A stretch of DNA of 64,000 nucleotides from the human T2T-CHM13v2.0 reference genome, Homo sapiens. Within the stretch, counting starts at the first letter, position 1, and each line of letters opens with the position of its first letter. Made by a program: the position numbers and the translations under genes. This document shows, in pieces, positions 42,623 to 56,818 of the stretch. The stretch lies in NCBI RefSeq assembly GCF_009914755.1, contig NC_060948.1; one strand, given 5' to 3'. The notes below the pieces were generated by a model that was not told the DNA's origin, did no database searches, and saw only the letters and a list, made by a program, of their open reading frames with translations.

Positions 42623-45600
42623 GGAATGGAAAGGATTCGAATGGAATGCAATCGAATGGAATGGAATCGAACGGAATGGAATAAAATGGAAGAAAACTGG
42701 CAAGAAATGGAATCGAAATGAATGGAGTGTTATGGAACGGACTCAAAAGGAATTGAATGTAATAGAATGGAGTGGAGTGGACTCGAATATAATGGACTGG
42801 AATGGAATGAAATCACATGGAATGGGAACGAATGGAATGGAATGGAAAGGAATGGAATCGAATGGAAAGGAATCGAATGGAAGGGAATGAAATTGAATCA
42901 ACAGGAATGGAAGGGAATAGAATAGACGGTAATGGAATGGACTCGAATAGAATGGACACGAATGCTCAAATTGAATGGACTCGAATGGAATGGAAACGAA
43001 AGGAATGTCATCGAATGGAATTGAATCGATTGGAATGAAATCGCATAGAATGGAGTGGAATCAAATGGAATTGAATCGAAAGGAAAGGAAGCGAATGGAC
43101 TGAAATGAAATGGAATGGAATTGAATGGAAAGTAATGCAATGGAATAGAATGGAACGAAATTTCACGGAATGGAATCAAACTGAATGGAATCAAACCAAT
43201 GGAATCAAATCAAATGGAATGGAAAGGAATTGAATGGAGTAGATTGGATTGGATGGGATTGGAATGAAATGTACTGGAAAGGACTCGAATTTCATGAAAC
43301 GGAATGGAATGAATTGGAACGGAACGGACTCGAATGGAATGGAATGTCATGGAATGGCATCAAATGGAATGGCATCAAATGGAATGGAATCGAATGCAAT
43401 GGAATGCTATGGAATGGAATGGAATGCATTTTAATGGAATGTCCTCTAATGGAATGGATTCGAGTGGAATGGAATCGAATATAATGGAGTCGAATGAAAT
43501 GGAATTGAAAGGAATGGGATCGAATACAATGGAACATACTGGAATGTAATGTAATGAACTCGAATGTAATTGACTGGAATGGAATGTACATGAATGGAAT
43601 GTAATCGAATGGAAAGTAATCCAATGGAATAGAATCTAATGCAATAAAATCGACTCAGATAGAGTAGAATGTAATGGAATGGAGTGCAGTGCAATGGAAT
43701 GGAATGGAATGGAATGGAATGGAATGGAATGGAATGGAATGGTGTGGAATGGATAGTAATGGACTGGAGTGAAATGGACTGGAAAGGAATGGACTCAAAT
43801 TGAATGGGCTCGAAAGGAATGGAGTCAAATGGAATGGTCTGGAATGGAATGAACACGAATGTAATGCAATCCAATAGAATGGAATCGAATGGCATGGAAT
43901 ATAAAGAAATGGAATCGAAGAGAATGGAAACAAATGGAATGGAATTGAGTGGAATGGAATTGAATGGAATGGGAACCAATGGAGTGAAATTGTATGCAGT
44001 AGAAGAGAATAGAATGGAATGCAAGCGAAAGGAAAGGAATGGATTGGAATGGAATGGAATTCATTGGAATGGAAGGGAATGTAGTGTAATGGACAGGCCT
44101 GGAATAAAGTGGAATGCTACGGTCTCTAATGGAATAAAAATGTATGGAATGGAATGCAATGAAACGGAATCGAATGTCATAGAATGTAATGGAATGCAAA
44201 AAAATGGAATCCAAAATCATTGACTGGAAAGGCTGGGTGTCGAAAGGAATTGACTCCAATGGAATGGAATCGAATGGAATGGAAGTGAATAGAATCGAAC
44301 TAAATCGAATGGAATGGAATTGATAGGAACGGAATGGAAAGGAATGCAATCATTTGGCATGGAATGGAATCGAATGGCATCGAATGGAATGGAATGGAAT
44401 GCAATGGAATGGAATGTATTAGAATGTAATGAACTTTAATGGAATGTACTCGAATGGATTCGACTGGAATGGAATGTTCTGGAAGTGAATGGACTCCAAT
44501 GGAATGGATTCAAAAGGAATGGAATCGTACGGAATGGAATCTAATGGAATGGAATTAAATGGAAATGAATCAAATTGAATAGCACGGAATTGAATTGAAT
44601 GGAATGGAATGCAATGGAATCTAATGAAACGGAAAGGAAAGGAATGGAATGGAATGGAATGGGCTGGAATGGAAAGGAATCGAAACGAATGGAATGGAAT
44701 CGAACTGAAGAGACTGGAATGGAATGCACTGGAATGGAAGGGAGTGTAATGGAAGGTTCTCGGAAAAAATGGAATGGAATGGAATGGAATTGAATGGAAC
44801 GGAATAGAGTCGAATGGAATTGAATGGAATGGAATGGACTAGAGTGAATTGGAATCGAACCACAAGGAATGGACAGGAATAGAATGGTCTCGAATTGAAT
44901 GGAATCGTATGGAATGGCATCAAACGGAATGGAATGGACAGCCACGGAATGGAATGCACTCGAATGCAATGGAGTCGAAACTAATGGACTGGAATAGAAT
45001 GGACTCGACTGGTACGGACTCCAATGGAATGGAATCGAATGGAAGGGAATCGAACGGAATGGAATCGGAGGGAAAAGACTGCAATGGAAAGGTCTCAAAT
45101 GGAATGGAAATTAATGGAATGGAATGGAATCGAATGAAATGGAGTCAAAAGCAATGGAATCGAATGGCAAGTAATCGAATGTAATGGAATCGCAAGGAAT
45201 TGATGTGAACGGAACGGAATGGAATGGAATCCAAAGGAATGGAATAGAATGGAATGGAATCGAATGGAAAGGACTCGAATGGAAATCACTCGAATAGAAT
45301 GCAATTTAATAAAATAGGATCAAATGTAATGGAATGGAATGGAAAGGAATCGAAACTAAAGGAATGGAGACAGATGGAATGGAATAGAACAGAAAGCAAT
45401 GGTATAGAATGGAATGGAATCATCTGGAATGGAATTGAATGGAATGGAATAATATGAAATGGAATGGAATGGAATGGAATGGAATGCCCTTGAATTAAAT
45501 GGACTGGAATGGAATGGACTCGAACAGAGTGGAATGGAAAGTGTTGAGATAGAATGGAATGGACTCCTTTGGAATGGTGTAGTATGCAATGCAATCGACT

Positions 45601-46141
45601 GGCAGGGTATCAAAAGGAATTTAATCGAATGGATTGGACTGGAATGCAATGGACTCGAATAGATTGGAAACGGAATGCAAAGGAATGGAATGGAATAGTA
45701 TGGAATGGAATGGAAAGGAATGGAGTGGAATAGACTAGAGTGGAATGGAATGGACTGGAAAGCAATGGACTGGAATGGAACTCTCTTGAATGGACTGGAA
45801 TCAAACGGAATGGAATGCAATGCAGTCAAATGGCATGGAATAAAATAGAATGAAAGAGAATCAAATGGAATTGAATCGAATGGAATCGAATGGATTGGAA
45901 AGGAATAGAATGGAATGGAATGGAATGGACTAGAATGGAATGGATTCGAATGGAAGGCAAAGGAATGGAATCTATTGGAATGGACTGTAATGGAATGGAA
46001 TGGAAGGGATTGGAATGGACTCGAATGGAATGGACTGCAATAGAAAGGATTCGAATGGAATGAAAAAGAGTTGAATGGAATAGAACAGAATGGAATCAAA
46101 TCGAATGAAATGGAATGGAATAGAAAGGAATGGAATGAAAT
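42623..46141 (+). repeat. DYZ1 unit U13 (3519 bp, shortest)
   Basis: Anchor spacing 42817->46336; short tract A plus private 15-bp deletion near 45925. Confidence 0.93.
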
Positions 46142-49100
46142 GGAATGGAAAGGATTCGAATGGAATGCAATCGAATGGAATGGAATCGAACGGAATGGAA
46201 TAAAATGGAAGAAAACTGGCAAGAAATGGAATCGAAATGAATGGAGTGTTATGGAACGGACTCAAAAGGAATTGAATGTAATAGAATGGAGTGGAGTGGA
46301 CTCGAATATAATGGACTGGAATGGAATGAAATCACATGGAATGGGAACGAATGGAATGGAATGGAAAGGAATGGAATCGAATGGAAAGGAATCGAATGGA
46401 AGGGAATGAAATTGAATCAACAGGAATGGAAGGGAATAGAATAGACGGTAATGGAATGGACTCGAATAGAATGGACACGAATGCTCAAATTGAATGGACT
46501 CGAATGGAATGGAAACGAAAGGAATGTCACCGAATGGAATTGAATCGATTGGAATGAAATCGCATAGAATGGAGTGGAATCAAATGGAATTGAATCGAAA
46601 GGAAAGGAAGCGAATGGACTGAAATGAAATGGAATGGAATTGAATGGAAAGTAATGCAATGGAATAGAATGGAACGAAATTTCACGGAATGGAATCAAAC
46701 TGAATGGAATCAAATCAATGGAATCCAATCAAATGGAATGGAGTAGATTGGATTGGATGGGATTGGAATGAAATATACTGGAAAGGACTCGAATCTCATG
46801 AAACGGAATGGAATGAATTGGAACGGAATGGACTCGAATGGAATGGAATGTCATAGAATGGCATCAAATGGAATGGCATCAAATGGAATGGAATCGAATG
46901 CAATGGAATGCTATGGAATGGAATGGAATGCATTGGAATGGAATGTCCTCTAATGGAATGGATTCGAGTGGAATGGAATCGAATATAATGGAGTCGAATG
47001 AAATGGAATTGAAAGGAATGGGATCGAATACAATGGAATATACTGGAATGTAATGTAATGAACTCGAATGTAATTGACTGGAATGGAATGTACATGAATG
47101 GAATGTAATCGAATGGAAAGTAATCCAATGGAATAGAATCTAATGCAATAAAATCGACTCAGATAGAGTAGAATGTAATGGAATGGAGTGCACTGCAATG
47201 GAATGGAATGGAATGGAATGCAATGGAATGGAATGGAATGGAATGGAATGGAATGGAATGGGATGGAATGGTATGGAATGGATAGTAATGGACTGGAGTG
47301 AAATGGACTGGAAAGGAATGGACTCAAATTGAAAGGGCTGGAAAGGAATGGAGTCAAATGGAATGGTCTGGAATGGAATGAACACGAAAGTAATGCAATC
47401 CAATAGAATGGAATCGAATAGCATGGAATATAATGAAATGGAATCGAAGAGAATGGAAACAAATGGAATGGAATTGAATGGAATGGAATTGAATGGAATG
47501 GGAACGAATGGAGTGAAATTGTATGCAGTAGAAGGGAATAGAATGGAATGCAAGCGAAAGGAAAGGAATGGATTGGAATGGAATGGAATTCATTGGAATG
47601 GAAGGGAATGTAGTGTATTGGACAGGCCTGGAATAAAGTGGAATGCTACGGTCTCGAATGGAATAAAAATGTATGGAATGGAATGCAATGAAACGGAATC
47701 GAATGTCATAGAATGTAATGGAATGCAAAAAAATGGAATCCAAAATCATTGACTGGAAAGGCTGGGTGTCGAAAGGAATTGACTCCAATGGAATGGAATC
47801 GAATGGAATGGAAGTGAATAGAATCGAACTAAATCGAATGGAATGGAATTGATAGGAACGGAATGGAAAGGAATGCAATGATTTGGCACGGAATGGAATC
47901 GAATGGCATCGAATGGAATGGAATGGAATGCAATGGAATGGAACGTATTAGAATGTAATGAACTTTAATGGAATGTACTCGAATGGAATCGACTGGAATG
48001 GAATGTTCTGGAAGTGAATGGACTCCAATGGAATGGATTCAAAAGGAATGGAATCGTACGGAATGGAATCTAATGGAATGGAATTAAATGGAAATGAATC
48101 AAATTGAATAGCATGGAATTGAATTGAATGGAATCGAATGCAATGGAATCTAATGAAACGGAAAGGAAAGGAATGGAATGGAATGGAATGGGCTGGAATG
48201 GAAAGGAATCGAAACGAATGGAATGGAATCGAATTGACGAGACTGGAATGGAATGCACTGGAATGGAAGGGAGTGTTATGGAAGGTTCTCGAAAAAAATG
48301 GAATCGAATGGAATGGAATTGAATGGAACGGAATAGAGTCGAATGGAATTGAATAGAATGGAATGGACTAGAGTGAAATGGAATCGAACCACAAGGAATG
48401 GACAGGAATAGAATGGTCTCGAATTGAATGGAATCGTATGGAATGGCATCAAACGGAATGGAATGGACAGCCACGGAATGGAATGCACTCGAATGCAATG
48501 GAGTCGAAACTAATGGACTGGAATAGAATGGACTCGACTGGTACGGACTCCAATGGAATGGAATCGAATGGAAGGGAATCGAACGGAATGGACTCGAAGG
48601 GAAAAGACTGCAATGGAAAGGTCTCGAATGGAATGGAAATTAATGGAATGGAATGGAATCGAATGAAATGGAGTCAAAAGGAATGGAATCGAATGGCAAG
48701 AAATCGAATGTAATGGAATCGCAAGGAATTGATGTGAACGGAACGGAATGGAATGGAATCCAAAGGAATGGAATAGAATGGAATGGAATCGAATGGAAAG
48801 GACTCGAATGGAAATCACTCGAATAGAATGCAATTTAATAAAATAGGATCAAATGTAATGGAATGGAATGGAAAGGAATCGAAACGAAAGGAATGGAGAC
48901 AGATGGAATGGAATGGAACAGAGAGCAATGGTATAGAATGGAATGGAATCATCTGGAATGGAATTGAATGCAATGGAATAATATGAAATGGAATGGAATG
49001 GAATGGAATGGAATGCCCTTGAATTAAATGGACTGGAATGGAATGGACTCGAACAGAGTGGAATGGAAAGTGTTGAGATAGAATGGAATGGACTCCTTTG

Positions 49101-49685
49101 GAATGGTCTAGTATGCAATGCAATCGACTGGCAGGGAATCAAAAGGAATGTAATGGAATGGATTGGACAGGAATGCAATGGACTCGAATAGATTGGAAAC
49201 GGAATGCAAAGGAATGGAATGGAATAGTATGGAATGGAATGGAAAGGAATGGAGTGGAATAGACTAGAGTGGAATGGAATGGACTGGAAAGCAATAGACT
49301 GGAATGGAACTTTCTTGAATGGACTGGAATCAAACGGAATGGAATGCAATGCAATCAAATGGCATGGAATAAAATAGAATGAAAGAGAATCAAATGGAAT
49401 TGAATCGAATGGAATCGAATGGATTGGAAAGGAATAGAATGGAATGGAATGGAATTGACTCAAATGGAATGGACTAGAATGGAATGGATTCGAATGGAAG
49501 GCAAAGGAATGGAATCTATTGGAATGGACTGTAATGGAATGGAATGGAAGGGATTGGAATGGACTCGAATGGAATGGACTGCAATAGAAAGGATTCGAAT
49601 GGAATGAAAAAGAATTGAATGGAATAGAACAGAATGGAATCAAATCGAATGAAATGGAATGGAATAGAAAGGAATGGAATGAAAT
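46142..49685 (+). repeat. DYZ1 unit U14 (3544 bp)
   Basis: Anchor spacing 46336->49880; shares the 15-bp deletion of U4. Confidence 0.93.
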
Positions 49686-52600
49686 GGAATGGAAAGGATT
49701 CGAATGGAATGCAATCGAATGGAATGGAATCGAACGGAATGGAATAAAATGGAAGAAAACTGGCAAGAAATGGAATCGAAATGAATGGAGTGTTATGGAA
49801 CGGACTCAAAAGGAATTGAATGTAATAGAATGGAGTGGAGTGGACTCGAATATAATGGACTGGAATGGAATGAAATCACATGGAATGGGAACGAATGGAA
49901 TGGAATGGAAAGGAATGGAATCGAATGGAAAGGAATCGAATGGAAGGGAATGAAATTGAATCAACAGGAATGGAAGGGAATAGAATAGACGGTAATGGAA
50001 TGGACTCGAATAGAATGGACACGAATGCTCAAATTGAATGGACTCGAATGGAATGGAAACGAAAGGAATGTCATCGAATGGAATTGAATCGATTGGAATG
50101 AAATCGCATAGAATGGAGTGGAATCAAATGGAATTGAATCGAAAGGAAAGGAAGCGAATGGACTGAAATGAAATGGAATGGAATTGAATGGAAAGTAATG
50201 CAATGGAATAGAATGGAACGAAATTTCACGGAATGGAATCAAACTGAATGGAATCAAATCAATGGAATCTAATCAAATGGAATGGAAAGGAATTGAAAGG
50301 AGTAGATTGGATTGGATGGGATTGGAATGAAATGTACTGGAAAGGACTCGAATTTCATGAAACGGAATGGAATGAATTGGAACGGAATGGACTCGAATGG
50401 AATGGAATGTCATGGAATGGCATCAAATGGAATGGCATCAAATGGAATGGAATCGAATGCAATGGAATGCTATGGAATGGAATGGAATGCATTGGAATGG
50501 AATGTCCTCTAATGGAATGGATTCGAGTGGAATGGCATCGAATATAATGGAGTCGAATGAAATGGAATTGAAAAGAATGGGATCGAATACCATGGAATAT
50601 ACTGGAATGTAATGTAATGAACTCGAATGTAATTGACTGGAATGGAATGTACATGAATGGAATGTAATCGAATGGAAAGTAATCCAATGGAATAGAATCT
50701 AATGCAATAAAATCGACTCAAATAGAGTAGAATGTAATGGAATGGAGTGCAGTGCAATGGAATGGAATGGAATGGAATGCAATGGAATGGAATGGAATGG
50801 AATGGAATGGAATGGAATGGAATGGAATGGGATGGAATGGTGTGGAATGGATAGTAATGGACTGGAGTGAAATGGACTGGAAAGGAATGGACTCAAATTG
50901 AAAGGGCTCGAAAGGAATGGAGTCAAATGGAACGGTCTGGAATGGAATGAACACGAATGTAAGGCAATCCAATAGAATGGAATCGAATGGCATGGAATAT
51001 AAAGAAATGGAATCGAAGAGAATGGAAACAAATGGAATGGAATTGAATGGAATGGAATTGAATGGAATGGGAACGAATGGAGTGAAATTGTATGCAGTAG
51101 AAGAGAATAGAATGGAATGCAAGTGAAAGGAAAGGAATGGATTGGAATGGAATGGAATTCATTGGAATGGAAGGGAATGTAGTGTAATGGACAGGCCTGG
51201 AATAAAGTGGAATGCTACGGTCTCGAATGGAATAAAAATGTATGGAATGGAATGCAATGAAACGGAATCGAATGTCATAGAATGTAATGGAATGCAACAA
51301 AATGGAATCCAAAATCATTGACTGGAAAGGCTGGGTGTCGAAAGGAATTGACTCCAATGGAATGGAATCGAATGGAATGGAAGTGAATAGAATCGAACTA
51401 AATCGAATGGAATGGAATTGATAGGAACGGAATGGAGAGGAATGCAATGATTTGGCATGGAATGCAATCGAATGGCATCGAATTAAATGGAATGGAATGC
51501 AATGGAATGGAATGTATTAGAATGTAATGAACTTTAATGGAATGTACTCGAATGGATTCGACTGGAATGGAATGTTCTGGAAGTGAATGGACTCCAATGG
51601 AATGGATTCAAAAGGAATGGAATCGTACGGAATGGAATCTAATGGAATGGAATTAAATGGAAATGAATCAAATTGAATAGCACGGAATTGAATTGAATGG
51701 AATGGAATGCAATGGAATCTAATGAAACGGAAAGGAAAGGAATGGAATGGAATGGAATGGGCTGGAATGGAAAGGAATCGAAACGAATGGAATGGAATCG
51801 AACTGAAGAGACTGGAATGGAATGCACTGGAATGGAAGGGAGTGTAATGGAAGGTTCTCGAAAAAAATGGAATCGAATGGAATGGAATTGAATGGAACGG
51901 AATAGAGTCGAATGGAATTGAATGGAATGGAATGGACTAGAGTGAAATGGAATCGAACCACAAGGAATGGACAGGAATAGAATGGTCTCGAATTGAATGG
52001 AATCGTATGGAATGGCATCAAACGGAATGGAATGGACAGCCACGGAATGGAATGCACTCGAATGCAATGGAGTCGAAACTAATGGACTGGAATAGAATGG
52101 ACTCGACTGGTACGGACTCCAATGGAATGGAATCGAATGGAAGGGAATCGAACGGAATGGACTCGAAGGGAAAAGACTGCAATGGAAAGGTCTCGAATGG
52201 AATGGAAATTAATGGAATGGAATGGAATCGAATGAAATGGAGTCAAAAGGAATGGAATCGAATGGCAAGAAATCGAATGTAATGGAATCGCAAGGAATTG
52301 ATGTGAACGGAACGGAATGGAATGGAATCCAAAGGAATGGAATAGAATGGAATGGAATCGAATGGAAAGGACTCGAATGGAAATCACTCGAATAGAATGC
52401 AATTTAATAAAATAGGATCAAATGTAATGGAATGGAATGGAAAGGAATCGAAACGAAAGGAATGGAGACAGATGGAATGGAATGGAACAGAGAGCAATGG
52501 TATAGAATGGAATGGAATCATCTGGAATGGAATTGAATGGAATGGAATAATATGAAATGGAATGGAATGGAATGGAATGCCCTTGAATTAAATGGACTGT

Positions 52601-53249
52601 AATGGAATGGACTCGAACAGAGTGGAATGGAAAGTGTTGAGATAGAATGGAATGGACTCGTTTGGAATGGTCTAGTATGCAATGCAATCGACTGGCAGGG
52701 AATCAAAAGGAATGTAATGGAATGGATTGGACTGGAATGCAATGGACTCGAATAGATTGGAAACGGAATGCAAAGGAATGGAATGGAATAGTATGGAATG
52801 GAATGGAAAGGAATGGAGTGGAATAGACTAGAGTGGAATGGAATGGACTGGAAAGCAATAGACTGGAATGGAACTTTCTTGAATGGACTGGAATCAAACG
52901 GAATGGAATGCAATGCAATCAAATGGCATGGAATAAAATAGAATGAAAGAGAATCAAATGGAATTGAATCGAATGGAATCGAATGGATTGGAAAGGAATA
53001 GAATGGAATGGAATGGAATTGACTCAAATGGAATGGACTAGAATGGAATGGATTCGAATGGAAGGCAAAGGAATGGAATCTATTGGAATGGACTGTAATG
53101 GAATGGAATGGAAGGGATTGGAATGGACTCGAATGGAATGGACTGCAATAGAAAGGATTCGAATGGAATGAAAAAGAATTGAATGGAATAGAACAGAATG
53201 GAATCAAATCGAATGAAATGGAGTGGAATAGAAAGGAATGGAATGAAAT
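49686..53249 (+). repeat. DYZ1 unit U15 (3564 bp)
   Basis: Anchor spacing 49880->53444. Confidence 0.93.
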
Positions 53250-56200
53250 GGAATGGAAAGGATTCGAATGGAATGCAATCGAATGGAATGGAATCGAACG
53301 GAATGGAATAAAATGGAAGAAAACTGGCAAGAAATGGAATCGAAATGAATGGAGTGTTATGGAACGGACTCAAAAGGAATTGAATGTAATAGAATGGAGT
53401 GGAGTGGACTCGAATATAATGGACTGGAATGGAATGAAATCACATGGAATGGGAACGAATGGAATGGAATGGAAAGGAATGGAATCGAATGGAAAGGAAT
53501 CGAATGGAAGGGAATGAAATTGAATCAACAGGAATGGAAGGGAATAGAATAGACGGTAATGGAATGGACTCGAATAGAATGGACACGAATGCTCAAATTG
53601 AATGGACTCGAATGGAATGGAAACGAAAGGAATGTCATCGAATGGAATTGAATCGATTGGAATGAAATCGCATAGAATGGAGTGGAATCAAATGGAATTG
53701 AATCGAAAGGAAAGGAAGCGAATGGACTGAAATGAAATGGAATGGAATTGAATGGAAAGTAATGCAATGGAATAGAATGGAACGAAATTTCACGGAATGG
53801 AATCAAACTGAATGGAATCAAATCAATGGAATCTAATCAAATGGAATGGAAAGGAATTGAATGGAGTAGATTGGATTGGATGGGATTGGAATGAAATGTA
53901 CTGGAAAGGACTCGAATTTCATGAAACGGAATGGAATGAATTGGAACGGAATGGACTCGAATGGAATGGAATGTCATGGAATGGCATCAAATGGAATGGC
54001 ATCAAATGGAATGGAATCGAATGCAATGGAATGCTATGGAATGGAATGGAATGCATTGGAATGGAATGTCCTCTAATGGAATGGATTCGAGTGGAATGGC
54101 ATCGAATATAATGGAGTCGAATGAAATGGAATTGAAAAGAATGGGATCGAATACCATGGAATATACTGGAATGTAATGTAATGAACTCGAATGTAATTGA
54201 CTGGAATGGAATGTACATGAATGGAATGTAATCGAATGGAAAGTAATCCAATGGAATAGAAACTAATGCAATAAAATCGACTCAAATAGAGTAGAATGTA
54301 ATGGAATGGAGTGCAGTGCAATGGAATGGAATGGAATGGAATGCAATGGAATGGAATGGAATGTTATGGAATGGAATGGAATGGATTGGAATGGGATGGA
54401 ATGGTATGGAATGGATAGTAATGGACTGGAGTGAAATGGACTGGAAAGGAATGGACTCAAATTGAAAGGGCTCGAAAGGAATGGAGTCAAATGGAATAGT
54501 CTGGAATGGAATGAACACGAATGTAATGCAATCCAATAGAATGTAATCGAATGGCATGGAATATAAAGAAATGGAATCGAAGAGAATGGAAACAAATGGA
54601 ATGGAATTGAATGGAATGGAATTGAATGGAATGGGAACGAATGGAGTGAAATTGTATGCAGTAGAAGAGAATAGAATGGAATGCAAGCGAAAGGAAAGGA
54701 ATGGATTGGAATGGAATGGAATTCATTGGAATGGAAGGGAATGTAGTGTAATGGACAGGTCTGGAATAAAGTGGAATGCTACGGTCTCGAATGGAATAAA
54801 AATGTATGGAATGGAATGCAATGAAAGGGAATCGAATGTCATAGAATGTAATGGAATGCAAAAAAATGGAATCCAAAATCATTGACTGGAAAGGCGGGGT
54901 GTCGAAAGGAATTGACTCCAATGGAATGGAATCGAATGGAATGGAAGTGAATAGAATCGAACTAAATCGAATGGAATGGAATTGATAGGAACGGAATGGA
55001 GAGGAATGCAATGATTTGGCATGGAATGCAATCGAATGGCATCGAATGGAATGGAATGGAATGCAATGGAATGGAATGTATTAGAATGTAATGAACTTTA
55101 ATGGAATGTACTCGAATGGATTCGACTGGAATGGAATGTTCTGGAAGTGAATGGACTCCAATGGAATGGATTCCAAAGGAATGGAATCGTACGGAATGGA
55201 ATCTAATGGAATGGAATTAAATGGAAATGAATCAAATTGAATAGCACGGAATTGAATTGAATGGAATGGAATGCAATGGAATCTAATGAAACGGAAAGGA
55301 AAGGAATGGAATGGAATGGAATGGGCTGGAATGGAAAGGAATCGAAACGAATGGAATGGAATCGAACTGAAGAGACTGGAATGGAATGCACTGGAATGGA
55401 AGGGAGTGTAATGGAAGGTTCTCGAAAAAAATGGAATGGAATGGAATGGAATTGAATGGAACGGAATAGAGTCGAATGGAATTGAATGGAATGGAATGGA
55501 CTAGAGTGAAATGGAATCGAACCACAAGGAATGGACAGGAATAGAATGGTCTCGAATTGAATGGAATCGTATGGAATGGCATCAAACGGAATGGAATGGA
55601 CAGCCACGGAATGGAATGCACTCGAATGCAATGGAGTCGAAACTAATGGACTGGAATAGAATGGACTCGACTGGTACGGACTCCAATGGAATGGAATCGA
55701 ATGGAAGAGAATCGAACGGAATGGACTCGAAGGGAAAAGACTGCAATGGAAAGGTCTCGAATGGAATGGAAATTAATGGAATGGAATGGAATCGAATGAA
55801 ATGGAGTCAAAAGGAATGGAATCGAATGGCAAGAAATCGAATGTAATGGAATCGCAAGGAATTGATGTGAACGGAACGGAATGGAATGGAATCCAAAGGA
55901 ATGGAATAGAATGGAATGGAATCGAATGGAAAGGACTCGAATGGAAATCACTCGAATAGAATGCAATTTAATAAAATAGGATCAAATGTAATGGAATGGA
56001 ATGGAAAGGAATCAAAACGAAAGGAATGGAGACAGATGGAATGGAATGGAACAGAGAGCAATGGTATAGAATGGAATGGAATCATCTGGAATGGAATTGA
56101 ATGGAATGGAATAATATGAAATGGAATGGAATGGAATGGAATGGAATGCCCTTGAATTAAATGGACTGGAATGGAATGGACTCGAACAGAGTGGAATGGA

Positions 56201-56818
56201 AAGTGTTGAGATAGAATGGAATGGACTCGTTTGGAATGGTCTAGTATGCAATGCAATCGACTGGCAGGGAATCAAAAGGAATGTAATGGAATGGATTGGA
56301 CTGGAATGCAATGGACTCGAATAGATTGGAAACGGAATGCAAAGGAATGGAATGGAATAGTATGGAATGGAATGGAAAGGAATGGAGTGGAATAGACTAG
56401 AGTGGAATGGAATGGACTGGAAAGCAATAGACTGGAATGGAACTTTCTTGAATGGACTGGAATGAAACGGAATGGAATGCAATGCAATCAAATGGCATGG
56501 AATAAAATAGAATGAAAGAGAATCAAATGGAATTGAATCGAATGGAATCGAATGGATTGGAAAGGAATAGAATGGAATGGAATGGAATTGACTCAAATGG
56601 AATGGACTAGAATGGAATGGATTCGAATGGAAGGCAAAGGAATGGAATCTATTGGAATGGACTGTAATGGAATGGAATGGAAGGGATTGGAATGGACTCG
56701 AATGGAATGGACTGCAATAGAAAGGATTCGAATGGAATGAAAAAGAATTGAATGGAATAGAACAGAATGGAATCAAATCGAATGAAATGGAATGGAATAG
56801 AAAGGAATGGAATGAAAT
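53250..56818 (+). repeat. DYZ1 unit U16 (3569 bp), HaeIII site lost
   Basis: Anchor spacing 53444->57013; GGCC>GGTC at 54760. Confidence 0.93.

Larger units (their letters stand above)
15636..44126 (+). repeat. 14,171 bp tandem duplication of four units (copy 1 up to 15636-29955, copy 2 up to 29807-44126)
   Basis: ORFs from 16199 to ~29853 recur at exactly +14171 with the same private variants (e.g. 16944->31115, 23297->37468, 26659->40830, 28332->42503); 3559+3529+3544+3539=14171. Confidence 0.93.
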
